DNA from: Camelus dromedarius
Lineage: Eukaryota
Direction: 5' to 3'
DNA: 64,000 nt
Assembly (NCBI RefSeq): GCF_036321535.1
Contig: NC_087436.1
Coordinates: 19,904,001 to 19,968,000 of the forward strand
In this document: positions 37,635 through 50,549 of the stretch, in pieces
Layout: the number at the start of each line of letters is the position of its first letter
Numbering within the stretch: position 1 is the first letter of the stretch
Notes under the pieces: model-generated
The model's input: only the letters and a program-made list of their open reading frames with translations
Databases searched by the model: none
What the model was told of the DNA's origin: nothing
Made by a program: the position numbers and the translations under genes

Positions 37635-37874
37635 CGGAAAGCTACAAGGACACTCAGATGGTGAAGATTAAAGAGGAACCCATGGAGGTTGATATCCAGG
37701 ACTCGCATGCCTCGATCTCACCCAGCCGGAATGTTGGCTACAGCACTTTAATCGGGCGAGAGAAAACCGAACCCTTACAGAAGCTGCCAGAAGGCAGGGT
37801 GCCCCCAGAGAGGAACCTCTTCAGTCAGGATATCTCTGTGAAGATGGCTTCTGAGCTTCTTTTTCAACTGTCAG
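37635..37874 (+). CDS. ZNF827: ZNF827 internal coding exon B (240 nt, phase 1-1): (A)ESYKDTQMVKIKEEP...QDISVKMASELLFQLS
   Basis: Acceptor cacctgcttgcag|CG and donor TCAG|gtacgt. Open frame within ORF 37499..37972. Continues exon A in frame. Confidence 0.95.
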
Positions 37875-39937
37875 GTACGTTTACGAGCGGCAAAAATGTC
37901 AATAACCGGGAGTCATTGGAAGGAAAGCCACTGTCACAAAGTAAAAACACCTGCGTTATAAAATTTTTTTAGACGGAAACCCGTTTTGTTACTTGAACAC
38001 ATATACTGCCACTCCAACGAACAGTTAATCAGATGCTGCCAAGTAGAACTCCTGCCAAACTTTCTTTAATAAATAGTTAAGAATCATTTGAAATTAGAAC
38101 TCTATTCAATTCTGTGCAAATGATCCCTGTTGACTGGGCTGAACGTCTCACCTCTAATTTTGTTTAGGCAGTTGATCTGATTAACAGCTTTTTTTTTCCT
38201 AATGTGCAAAAGATAAACTTCAATGTACTCCAACAGTGACTGAATTACCGTGAATTCCAAATTAGTGTGGTCAGAATTAATGAGATTTTTCTGCATCTTG
38301 CCAAAAAAAAAAAAAATCCAGGAAAAGGAAAAGCAAAAGACGAAACCGTGAGGTTTCTTTTCCAGCCAAGTATAACCTTAGTAGAACATTTGCTGTAAAC
38401 CAACTTTTTCTCCTTCGAATATTTGGGATTTAAAGTGTCAGAATTAATGACCAGCTCAGCGTCCTGATAGAATACGGGAGGGTCTTAGTACCTAAATTGT
38501 TCCCTTTGTTACCTCTTTCAAGCTGCGTCTTCTTTGTCCTTGTCAAATGTAATATGCTATTACCGTTTTACCATGATCGAGATGGGTGAAATAGACACGT
38601 AAGGTTCAGATTTATGTAGAAATACAGATACTTTGTTCTTGATCAGGCACTGGCCTCCCATACTGATGTTTGGGCATCAGTACTGATTGTTACTAATATT
38701 TGATAAACTCTATTTTGTTATGGGTAACAAATTTAAAAACACCCATTAAATGCTTCATTATTCAAGGATTGACTCTTCTCCTCTAAGAAAAATACCAGAA
38801 AAGAGGAAAGAGGCTGGAATCTGCATGCCATCGTGATAGTCCCCCTTCTCACTGGCCTCAAACACCACCCGTAGCTGTGAAACTATTGGTCGATGCTGAA
38901 AATAGTCTCTGGTTCTCAAACAAGGACCGTGTTTGTGCAGAGCCCAGAGAGGTGGAAACAGTTCATCAGTCAACTTAATAGGCCACATAGACCTTTGCAA
39001 GTTCCAAAAGAGCTTCTAACATGCAAGATGCTTTTCTTTTTCTTAAAACGGACTAAAAGCATCTCTCAAGACAATACAACTTTGAACATGATTTGGCAGT
39101 TAGGATTTGCACAAGTGAGGCCAGCGTGGTTGTTTTCAGAAAGTCTCTGCCTCTAACAGTACCTTATCATGGTCTACTATCAGCTAAAAACTTTGTGTCT
39201 GAGAGTTCTCCCCCTGGCACTGTCACTGAGTGCCTAGGTGACCTCAGGCGAGTCATTTAGCCCCAGTTCCCTGCTCTCTGAAAGAACCGTGCCTGCGAAT
39301 CCAAGTTAACCCTCATTGTCACCGCTGAGTGGACAGAAAGGAGTTGTCCCCGCAAACAGGCACACAGCAGCTTTAGGCTAGTGTTAAAAAGCACCGGACA
39401 GCATAAATCTGTGTTTAAATTTTTCCCCAAATCCCGTAAGATGAGGAGTTTTTCACTTGCCCTGCCACTGAAATCTGAAACCCTTGTCGAGCTGGCCAGG
39501 TATCCTCCAAAGACTTAAAAGAAGCCATGGAGCACTGTGACAGTCGGGGCAGAATCCTCACATTTGAACTGGATGGGGAAGGCCAGAGTTCAGCTTTCGT
39601 GTTCCTGAAAGCTAATTAAATAATTTCTGACAGCTGGTAGATACAGACCTCAAGACAGAGTCAGGGAGAGTTTACCTCCTCTTGTCTAATGATATTTTTT
39701 TTTGTCCCTCGTGACATTTATCAGAACAAGCGCTCGATGCCTGTCGCACCCAGAGGTCTTATGGCTGTTTTTATATCCCATCTGACAAAGGGGCCTGACA
39801 ATACAGAATGCTTAAAGGTTGTCATCAAGTCAGAAGCGGAACGGTTGCCCACAACTGCAGTTTTCATGCTGAATCAGAGGAAAGCAGAAAGTTTCAGCTG
39901 GGGAGAAATATACGAGAAATGACTATCTCTGTGCGCA

Positions 39938-39939
<2 letters not shown>

Positions 39940-39971
<32 letters not shown>

Positions 39972-39984
39972 TGTGTGTGTGTGT
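39940..39984. repeat. (TG)n microsatellite
   Basis: Directly visible, about 285 nt upstream of exon C. Confidence 0.95.
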
Positions 39985-40267
39985 TTACTGAGGCTTGATT
40001 AAAATCAGACAGCACACTTGTACTTCGTTAGTAACTCTTTCCCCTTGGATCGGTTTTTAATAAACTATTTCAGTAGATGCCACCGACGTGCTTTGGGTGA
40101 CTGTCTTTACCGGTAAGATAGGAAGGGTCTGAATGTTTTAAAAAGAAACCAGAAGAAAACCACAAGAGAGAAAGGGAAATGTTGAGGGTGTTTTTGCTGC
40201 AGCCTTAAAAACGCGAATTGAGTAAGCACCACCTGAGAGGTGTCCGTTTCATGCTTTCTCCTTACAG

Positions 40268-40325
40268 AAAAGGTGAGCAAAGAGCACAATCACACAAAAG
40301 AAAACACCATCCGGACGACCACCAG
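40268..40325 (+). CDS. ZNF827: ZNF827 internal coding exon C (58 nt, phase 1-2): (E)KVSKEHNHTKENTIRTTT(S)
   Basis: Acceptor gctttctccttacag|AA and donor CCAG|gtaggc. In frame with exons B and D. Matches the recalled ZNF827 peptide. This frame is not in the ORF track. Confidence 0.92.
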
Positions 40326-41754
40326 GTAGGCAGCTGTGGGGTCCCCTCCGACCACCACCCCCACCCCCGCCCCGCCCGGTGGGGACCCTCAGGCCCCCGT
40401 TGTGTGTTGAACAGCCGTCCTCACGCCGTTCTCTCCCACTGGGTTTGAAGAGTCACAACCCCTCCACCTCCGTTTTGTCTTTGAACTTAGGTGGAAACAA
40501 TACAGAAAGCAAAGGACACCAAGGGGGAAGGCCACTCACAGTCATCAAACCTCTAATAGGCGTCACCTTCTGGGGGTTTCTCCTGATGCCCTTGTTTTTT
40601 ATTCCTTACAATAATTTCGCGAAGGAGATACTACTCTCTTGGCAGAGGTTTTGTGGCCTGAGAGTGTATGTAGGCGGCACGGCTGTGCCTGGGAGCTGGG
40701 TCTGCGTCTCAGGAAAGCCTCCCTCCGTCTGCAGACCTAGGTTCTCCCTGCAGCTCTCTTCCTGAGTAGCTTTGCAGCTGTGGGCGGGTCATTGTCATCA
40801 CCAGGGATACCCCAACTTTTTCACTCCCAGCATTGGTAGGAGGGCAAACATTTAAAAAGCAAGAGAAACAAGGTGCTTTCGAAACTTACTGGAAAGCCGA
40901 TACCACTACCACCGATAGGTGAGGATGCTTTCCAGGTGCCAAAGGCAGTTGGAGGAGGTCAGCCAGGGTGGGTTGCTCTGTGGAAGAGGGCGGGCCGGAG
41001 CTGGCCCCTCTTCCCTAGCCCCCGTGACCACCCGGGCCGGAACCGTGGCAGGCAGGTGTCAACAAGCCCTGACCCCACCGCTGCGGAAGAGCTCAGAGGA
41101 GAGGCAGTCTCCCGCCTGGAAGGCTTTGAGTCAAGGGCCCTTGCTTTCCTGAGCAAACTCAGGTTCTTCCTTAGGGGAGCCGTTGATTGGTTTTGTTTTG
41201 AATTCCTGCCACTGAAGATCAATGGCATTTCTGTTTTGGATGTGATGCAAACTGACCTCAGAGCATCCTCTGACATGTGAATGGTACTCCTTTGAATCCT
41301 AACCTGAGTTGCTTTTTCTTTTTAATTCTAAGGATTGGAATTGGGGAATGATCAAATATCAAACAATGGTTAAAACAGAGCCAGCTTGCTTCACACAGGG
41401 TTTATGTCGTGTTAGGGACAGAACCTCCCTCTAACAGAACACAAGGGTGATGCGAGCCTTGCTTCTGCACAGAAGTACACAAATGGGAAACGAGTCTTGG
41501 GATCTGGTCTGTGCCTTGTGTTGGGAAATGGGCCTGGGGGATGGAAAGGTGATTCTGTCTATTAAACTGGATGCCCAAATAGGAGACGTGAGCTACTGTA
41601 GATTCCTGCCTATCTTCTTCATGTAATCTTAAGGCTATTTATTTAGTATCTATGCTTGTGTCTGTGGGTCTAAACACATGGAGTTGGCCAGATGGGTAGA
41701 CACTGAAAGACGGCAGACTGAAAATAATAAGTGCTCATTTTAATTTGCTTCCTG

Positions 41755-42170
41755 ACATGTCACAGGTCAGGCTCTTTCAAAGCAGAGCCCGAAGGGGGAT
41801 CTGGGGGCAGGTGTTGTACTGAGGGCATGCTCGCAGAGAAACCCACAGGGACGGCAGTGGGGCAGGAGAGGGAAGGAGAACTGAGCAAGGATGTGTTTTT
41901 CAGCTGGATTCTAGCTCCAGGTCGATCCTGCAGAGAATTCTGGAGCATGAATTACACCACAGAGTAAATCTTGCCTGCAACGGCGCCAGCTCTTTGTACC
42001 CCCTTATCACCCACCACTGTCAGCGGCAAATGTGGGTGTGTAGCCTCCCAGGTGAGGGGGCTCCCAGGTGGGGACAGTTCTCATTGTTGGCAGCCCGTGC
42101 TCCCAGCACTGCAGGGCGAGCGTGCTAGTGCAGTGAATGGGATGAGGGCGGGATCCCGGCAGCATCTCCT
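41755..42170. mobile_element. ERVL LTR16/LTR33-like relic
   Basis: ggtcaggctctttcaaagcagagcccgaaggggga...ctgagcaaggatgtg...ctggagcatgaattacaccacagag; family recalled from memory. Confidence 0.5.
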
Positions 42171-45100
42171 GTGGAGGTTTTCTGCCGGCTCTTTAGGATT
42201 ACATGATAATATTTATATTACAGAAAGGTATGCTGCGAGACCATGTTATTTTGTGCTTTTCAGGTGTTCTCTGGGAAGAGGTAAGGAGAGGTTTGAACTA
42301 GCCCCAAACCAGTGAAACGTGCCTCACGGCCTAAGTTGCCTTGGCTGGGACTGGAGCATAATTATAGGATAGAAGATAATTTTTTTTTTTTTAGCCATTT
42401 GGCAGAAGACGAAGCGATCCTTAAATTCTCCTGTTGCTGGGAGCTTATGAGTAAGAAGAAATCCAAATCAGATCTTCTGCCCAAAGCAGAGGAAGAAGTG
42501 CCTCTCTTCAAATAGATGTCTCCTTTTACCTTCTCACCTCGTTACTTCAGGGGGAAGAGAATCATGCTGCTTTGTGCCAGGAAACCCTCTTTCACCTGCA
42601 TTAACTGATAGCAGAAATACGAGGGGGGGAAATGCCAACTCTCTCTCTTCATTTTTGATTCCTGGATACGAATACAAAAGGCACTCGTAATTTGTATGCA
42701 CAAGGTCAGCTAACGCAGGTTATGTTCTAAGGTGTGATTTGTAATATTTTCCAAAAAGATTTACATCAAGCATCCAGATTTTCATCTCTCCAGATGTTTA
42801 GGGAACTTAGTAAGATGTTTGGTTAGTTATTAGATTTCCCAAGTTTGTTTTCCTGGAAGAAGCCGACTGGTGACTCATGATTAGAATCCAGGTTTGGAAT
42901 CGTCCGTGTTTAAGAGTTGCTAGGTGCACTTAAGACAGCATACTAGTGAAGGGCAGCCTTGGGACTGCCAAATACCCATGGGTGCCTGAGCTCCTCCATG
43001 CGGTTCCCCTGGATATCTAGGGGAACCAGGGGAGAGGAGAGATGTGCAACGGTGAAGAAAGAAGCTCTCTCCGATTCTCTCCCTGTCCTTTATCATCCCA
43101 CCGCTCCCCCCATAGTTTATCGTATCAACCTTGCCTCTCATTCCAACCGCAAGAACGAAGAAAAAGTGTAGCAACCCAGGAGGAAACACTCTGTAGCTTG
43201 GCATCCCAGTATGTGCTTACCGGTGGGATGTGAGGGTGCTGGTTTCCATGCCCCGGCACCAGGGCAGCAGGAAGCCCGTGGATGTGTGCACAGGTGACTC
43301 CCTATCCCCTAAGAGCTGATGATCACACCTCCCTCCTCATCCACTCCTCTCTCATCACGGGCTGTCCATCTGCGATTCTGCTGTTTGTTAATACCTCCAT
43401 TATAAGATGGGGAGATATGGAAAGAGAAAATGTTGGACAGCATTCCGTGTTAGCCATTTTTGAAAAAAAGGTTTAGGTGAAGCTAAAGGTTGAAACTAAC
43501 AACAGGCAGGATTCCGGATCAGTGACCCTTGACCTCATTTATTTAAAACCCTTCCAATGGAAAATTTCAAACATACAAAAGTAGAGAACATACCCATCAC
43601 CGAGTTTGAACAATGATCAGTTTATGACCCATGTTGTTTCATCTGGCCCTTCCTTTTGTTCTTCCTCCCCCTAGATTATTCTGAAACAAACTCCAAACAT
43701 CATTTAAAGAACTGGTTTGAGAATGCCTTTTTTTTTTCCCATCCTAAGAATTTAGACTCAGTTGCTTAAATTAGGATCATTTCCCAAAAGGAAAGGAGAA
43801 AACAACCCACCAGGGCACACACACCATGTGGCCAGGCAGAGACGTCAGTCTTCTTAGCAGCCAGGATGGTTGGATCATGTGGTCCTGCTCCCCAATGCCT
43901 TGACCTTACCCTTCCTCCCGCCCTTGTTTGTGCCCTCCTAGGGGCACCTCCACTGAATCAGTCCTTTAGTTGGAACGTCACTGTAAGTGCTAAAACTGCA
44001 GTTCTCTTTTGCCTGTTTAACCTTAGAGTCTCAGAAATTTAATCGAAGTGTAAAGAAGTCTGTGCACCGCCTCTGAGAGAGCGCGTGGGCTAAGTGTTGT
44101 TAACGCCGTTCTACCTGACAGATGAGATGCGGAGACAGTCCTCCCAGACCCTTGAGAACAGAAGGACTGAATGCTTGAGACGAATACAATCTTGATTTTT
44201 CTACTTCCTCTCCCAGCACAACCCTAGGTTCTGCAGGGCACAGATACCCAGCTAATATCATTTGTACATGAAAATATATGAGGTGTGATATCATAACCAG
44301 ATCCCAAAATTTAATGGAATAAAAAGAAGATCTACATCTTCTGACATGGGCCATCACCCAGCCAGATGCTGGATAAGATGGAGATAGGAAAATGGAACTC
44401 TAGAGTAAGAACCAGATAGCTCCTGGCAGGTGAATTGGACATGCTCAATGTTGTGTAACACTGTGAACTTCAAACAAAGGCTGCCAAGAACCCTCTCTTG
44501 GTTATTTGTTCTCTCTCTTCCCATTAATATTTCAGTGTCCATGGGGATATAAGATTGCAGACCTATAAGAAAAACTTCTCACACCTGGCTTGCTTTATTC
44601 TGAAAGCAAGGAATTGTTTACCTGAATTGTGCTCTTCTCCATTGCTCGACAAAAAACAGAACTGGGAAAATCAGAAAGCTAGACTTCGTATCATGCTGTG
44701 CTTACCAACATTTAATTTGCCCAATTTTCAGAATTTGAAATGCAGGCTATTTTTCTATGATTTAGATAATGGCACTTACAATGTTTACTAAAAGACATAT
44801 GTGCTTGGAAGCATCCAATGCAGAATTTTCCTGTGTGATGATTTGGATGCCTGTCCTTAAATATTTATGATTCAGTAATAGAAATTGCACAAATTTGTAA
44901 GAGCATGATGTGCTGCTTCAATTTGTGCAATTTCCCCCCTTCATTTTTTTTGAAGGCATAAGAGAACAATGCTCCATTCCCTTAAAAAGTAAAAGATTAC
45001 ATAAAAAGAACACTGGATTAGACAGCAGCAATTAAGAAAATAAACAGGAAACAGAGCAAATGAAATTGGTGATTTCTGAGTAGCTCTCCGTATTTTCTCT

Positions 45101-45299
45101 TTACCGTTTATATTTTGTAACTTGAAAATTAAATGCACAGGATTTTGTTTCTCAAAAATGGAAATTGCTACTAATTTCACGGAGTCTCTGCAGTTGGGAC
45201 GTCCCGTGCTTTTTTGGTGAAGTCAAGGCTGTTGAGGGGGGCCACTGCAAATTTTCTTAAATGCCCTTCTTCAAGATACTGCCATCTGCTGGAATACTG

Positions 45300-45412
45300 T
45301 CATAATAAATATGTAAATCTTTGATGTCTCTAATGTTAAGTAGCCCCCACTCCACCCCAAGTGGGATGCTTTTGTGCAGTGCACAGCCTGCACCACTGTC
45401 TGCAGCTGCCCT
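45300..45412. mobile_element. MER91-like hAT-Tip100 relic
   Basis: Terminal ttgtgcagtgcacagcctgcaccactgtctgcagctgccctg. Confidence 0.5.
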
Positions 45413-46799
45413 GACACAAATTCTGACTGGAGAATCTTTTCATTGGCAGTCTATCCTTTTCAACTTATTTTTAAGTTTTCATTTTTCAGAGAAGTTAAAA
45501 CTCATCCTTAAATAATGGATATTTTTTTTAAATACATATAGCCTTAAGCACCTTTGTGCATTGCTGCCATTTGAGGTTTTTTCCTGCTTATTTCACCAAA
45601 CCTTCCTCAGTACTTATTCCTATTTGCCGTAGTCCTGTAGGTATCATGCCCATTTTTCCTCCCATCTGTGACCTCTCCATTGAGCCATTATCGTTGAGAC
45701 AGTATGCTTCCAGAACTGTTTAATATTTGTTACAGTGAAGAGGCAATTTAAATCTCCTTCTCAAGGATCTGAAGAGGGCCGTGCCTCTCTTTTCTTCATT
45801 TCCATGGGCTCTCCCACCTTTATTTCCACTGGCTTACAACAGTGGTCTGTTTGTTTGTGTAACTCAGAGCAGTCAGGAGGGAGGTGTAAATTTGTAAGTC
45901 TCTGTACGTAGACATCCTCCTTTGACAGGTCATGCAGCGGTGACACGTGACATGTGGCTCAGGTGCTGGCTTCAATCCTGTTCTTCTAATCTGGGATTTT
46001 TGCTCAAGGGTATCTCCATGGTTGTTACTAGAAATGTCTCCAATATTCAAGGGTTGACCTCTGTCTAGGGTTGAAAGGCCCTCTCGGATGCTGCAGCAGG
46101 CCAAGGCCATTCGCGTTTCACTGGTGTTACCTACAGCTGCCACGGGACAGAGGGCCCTGCCTCCCTGCAGGGAAGACCGAGTTCCTCTCTGCTCTGCTTG
46201 CCTCGGCAGAAGCCCATTGTCCTTGTTTATGAATAAAGTCAGATTCCTGCGGGAGATCCAGGTTTTTCCACGAGCTGACATTTCATGGGTCCGGACGTGC
46301 AGGTTTACTTCCGTGGCCTGCGCTTGGCTCTGGCTCCCCGGGCCTGGCCTCCCCGCCTCAGCGGCCCCGACAAGGCCTGGCACGGTGCTCCCTGTCCTGA
46401 GAAGTTTCCTGGCTCCGCGGTGGATGAATGCTCGAGCTGCAGCAATGGGAATGGTTCCTTGAAAACTTGGTGTTAGGTTGTAAGGATTGGCCTGCCTTTA
46501 GGACAGCCCTCAATAGAAGGCATTTGGAGAAGAAAACTAGAAGATGTTGCCAAAATATATTTCTTCCTAAAATGCTCTACTTTTCTTCTACACTATTTTA
46601 AACAGCCTTTTTCTTCTGTAGCTTTGAGCCTTCTGCAACTGCATTGACGGATATTAATGGGCTCAGAATTTAGATACAGTTGCCCCCGCCTGTGTCTTTT
46701 ACAACTGCCTTCAAATATATCATCCCTCATCTTACTCTTTAAAGACCAAGAGTCTCTTTAAAGGATCCCAAACTGTAAATCTTAATCCTTTTTTTTTTA

Positions 46800-47500
46800 A
46801 GTTTTAAAAATAACTTTTATTTCTGGAGACTATAGGAGAAGAAATAATCGCTTACGATCAACCCTGCTACCCAAAGGCAGCCCACTGCTAAAGGTGGTGG
46901 TTTGTATCCTGGCTGAATTTTTATCTGTTTATAGATGTATACTTTCCTATTATAATTGGATCCTACCACTTACACAGTTTTATAATCTTCTCTTTGACCT
47001 ACTAATATATTAAGAACTTCCTTCCATGTCAGTTAACCTAACCCAATGTTATTCTTTTAATGTTTGCATGTGTCGTAATTTATTTAATCAGCCTCCTGTT
47101 ATTGGATAGCAAGGGTTTGGTTTGGTTTGGTTTTCCCAAGTTGTTGCTAATATAAACAGTGCTGGGATAAACTGACTCAAAAAAGCATTCACAGTTTTCA
47201 GGCTTTTGCTATGAATTGTCTACTTGACTTTCAGAAAAGGTTGAATCTGCAATTTTACCAGAAGCTAATGAGAGAGGAAATATTTTACAGGTCTTTGTGC
47301 TTTATCATTAACCTTTCTTTTACCCATTGGGAGCTTAAAAATTATACCTTACAATTAAAACTTTTTCATTTATTGATTCCTCATGATATCCAGCATTTTG
47401 TTCATGAGGAGGCATTTTTATTTGCCCTTTGGTATTTTTTTTAATTGGCATTTCTTATTTTGTCTAGTGGTTTGTCTGAGTTGGACTTTTTGCTTGATTG
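46800..47500 (-). mobile_element. Ancient L1ME-like fragment
   Basis: taatttatttaatcagcctcctgttattggata...ttgctaatataaacagtgctgggataaa. Confidence 0.6.
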
Positions 47501-47530
47501 TTGATATTGATTTCAAAACAAAGTGGAAGT

Positions 47531-47677
47531 GGGGGGAGGGTATAGCTCAGTGGTAGAGAGCGTGCTTAGCATATGAAGTCCTGGGTTTAATCCCCAGTCC
47601 CTCCATGGAAAATAAAGTAAAAAAAAAAACCTAATTACCCCTCCAAAAAAACCCCAAAATAAATAAATTTTTTTAAA
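47531..47677 (+). mobile_element. vic-1-like SINE
   Basis: ggggagggtatagctcagtggtagagagcgtgcttagcatatgaagtcctgggtttaatcccc...cctaattacccc tail. Flanks aaa(g/a)tggaag. Confidence 0.9.
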
Positions 47678-48629
47678 ATGGAAGGAATAATGTAATAAAC
47701 CACCAAATCTCCATCCCTGCAATTGGACAAATATGGGCCACACTTACTTCACCAATATTTTTCTCCTTAGATTTAAAATCACAACTCAGACGTAACACTC
47801 ATTTCCCCATTCTTTGATATATATATGTACCTCTAAAAAATAAAGAATACCATTGCACACCTTACAGAATTAACAACATGTTCAATTGATATTTGATTGC
47901 CAAGAAGATTCTATGTGATCAGCACCAGCGGAGTGTGCAGCCATGTCAGTGATGAGAAAGCAGCACACCTCGGCTTTCTTGTCACCTCCAAAAATTAAAG
48001 AAAACTTAGTGTCTATGCGGGCAGCAGAATGATGGAGTGGTCTTGGCTCTCCATCTGCCCACAAGCCCCATTTAGAAACCCGCTGAATCTGCAATGCCAT
48101 CTCCATTTGTAGATAAATACCCGGGCTGAAGCTGGCCAGCGTATAGCGATTCACTGACGTTTTACTCACAACAGTCCTTCTTTCTTTGAAAATCTGTCCC
48201 CAACATGATGGATGACCGGGTCTCCAGGCCTAGCCCACTGGGGTCAGAAGAGGGCTTCTCTGTTGTGTCCCTTTGAAGCCTGAATAGGGAACTTGCTGTT
48301 TCAGACGGGCAGGGTTGTCTTCAGGTCAGAGGCTCGCAGTCATCTGTAATCTTGGCCACTCTGCTCCACCCCCATCCCCTGACCTGCCACCCAGGGTTCT
48401 TTTCTTACAATAAGTAAATAAATAAAATCATTCAAGAATAGGAGTCCTCGGGAGGAACAGTGAACACAAGTGCCATTAAAGCTGTGGGGTTTTTTTGGTA
48501 CAGATTACCTTTTTAACTGAGGACAAGAAAGTTAACAGGGAAACTGGCATTGACTTTTTATATAAAATATTGATATCTGGGCCCATTTCAGAAAAATCAG
48601 CTAAACAATCTCATCCAAAGTGAAATTGA

Positions 48630-48783
48630 GGGGGAGGATATAGCTCATTGGTACAGTGCGTGCTTAGCATGCACGAGGTCCTGGGTTCAATCCCCAGTAT
48701 TTCCTTTAAAAAAAAATGTAAATAAATAAACCTGATTACCTCCCCCTTCTCTCCCCCTCCCCCAAAATTAAAGAAAAACAAAA
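48630..48783 (+). mobile_element. vic-1-like SINE
   Basis: ggggaggatatagctcattggtacagtgcgtgcttagcatgcacgaggtcctgggttcaatcccc. TSD-like tg(a/g)aattgagg on both sides. Confidence 0.9.
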
Positions 48784-50549
48784 TGGAATTGAGGGTCCAA
48801 GTGAGAAGTTAGGATGACCATGTACTGTCTGAAGTGGCATACAAGCGAGATTGCTCTACTGGAGCAAAGGGACTTCCGAGGGTTGTAAAGAGAGCTCAGG
48901 ATTCTTTTACAAAAATCAGTGGAACTTAGCATTTAATGTATTTCAAATGCAATCATTTATAAATATGTTACAAAACAGATAGATATGTAAATATATAAAA
49001 ATAAATATTAAGCATCCATTATTCCATTATAAATTATTAGCAAATAAATTAACCAAGGACAGTAATATTTGAGGAAAAAAAGCACTACCTAAAAATGAAG
49101 AAAACTGCATTGATCATGAAAATTAAGTTGAAAATGGAATAATATTATTTGATCTTTTTTTTTCTTAAATGGAATATCTAAAAATAAAGCATGGCAATGC
49201 TTTTGTTATTGAGTTGTAAGCAGATTTTCGTGCAGGCTATTCTAGCTTTTCAGAAGGTTTCTTCTGACCTTAACGTACTCGAGGAAATGTTGAGAAGGTA
49301 GTTATAACTAACTGAAATATTTCCCAATTCCTTGTCTTTGAATAATGCCATCTTTCCTATTTGATAAGTTTGAAAAGCTTTTTTAAAAAAAAAGCACACA
49401 GCGCTTTTTGTTCTGTAACAGTCTGCTCTTATTAGCAAGGTCTAGGTTTTGTTCATAGAAAATGTGGCTTATTCTCGTCTCCTTTAGTTTCATGATCTAT
49501 ACGTGGAGCTTCCATATGGAAGTTACCTGTATCCATTCCAGTCTGCAGCATTCCTATTCCACGTAGTCAGAAAGTCTTGGAACTAGAGTCAGATTTATTC
49601 TCGGAATAATGTAGTCTGTCGCCTGTCTCTGCTTGAGGCTTTTGGAGGCATGGAAGATTGTTTTCTCAAATAGTGCTTCCTGCTCACTTCAAAATGCTAA
49701 TGCCATGCGTCACTCCTGGGGTTGGTCTCAAGGTCTATGTGATTCAGAGGTCAGAGTTTTAAAATACCAGTACAATGGTTGTAGATACATCTATGAAATC
49801 TCAGTTCTTAAAAAAAAAAAATGATATATCAGTACAGAAAGCTAGTATTTCAATGACCTGACTTGAGAGCTGGGGCTGAGTAGAGATTGAGGCTGCCCTG
49901 TTACCAGGAGAGAGAGAGAGACTGCTGTCTGATGAGGTGGCCCTCGGGCTGGGGTCCGCTGGGAAGCGGGTAGCAACTGGAGAGAAAAAACATTGCCTCC
50001 CACAGAAGTTTTCCAGCCCAGAAAGGGGCTTCTGGCTCCCCTTTTGCAATATACAGCTTCTCAGAAATATCTGTCAGATCATTTGTTCATAAAATTTCCT
50101 TAAAATAAAAAAAAATGAAATAAAATGAACCCACATCCTTTTGGACATATTTTATCTAGCTCTTGGGAAAAAAATCCTGTTACGGAAGCCCTGTTATGTG
50201 ATGTGATACCCAGCAGAATAGATAATTAAGTGCTTTTTTTTTTTGAAAATACATCATCTTTTTTTATTCATTAATGAAAATTTGGTCTCTGTGCAGATTG
50301 AAGTCAGAATATCACTTCAGGATGATTTACCCAAAACTGTCATATTTAATAGAATTTCACTTTACCCTGAAATTATGTAGATCCTTATGGATTCAGAGTA
50401 AAAATTCATTGCAGAGCCAAGTCTTTTTTTCTTGTTCAATCTTTCTTTTCTATGTGCCATCCCCAAGTTCAGTCTGAAGAGTTATTACTGTCTTTTAAAA
50501 AGAAAAAAAAAATGTCTTCTTTGTTGCTTCTTTAAAATTACAGTGTCCT

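Noticed and set aside
38661..38682. 8-bp inverted repeat tactgatg/catcagta
   Set aside because: Too short to distinguish from chance.
45820..46462. 187-aa and 124-aa overlapping ORFs
   Set aside because: No recognisable domain or splice context; consistent with a chance ORF in a GC-rich patch. The same applies to the other short ORFs in the track.
47918..47940. REST/RE1-like site tcagcaccagcggagtg
   Set aside because: The left half matches, but the spacing and right half (GGACAG) do not; at most a half-site.
47531..48705. tRNA-Ala-like sequences as tRNA genes
   Set aside because: They are diverged copies with A-rich tails and TSDs, so they are SINE heads.
49509..49522. 14-bp palindrome cttccatatggaag
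   Set aside because: A few palindromes with 7-bp arms are expected by chance in 64 kb. It is not a CArG box, having only four central A/T.
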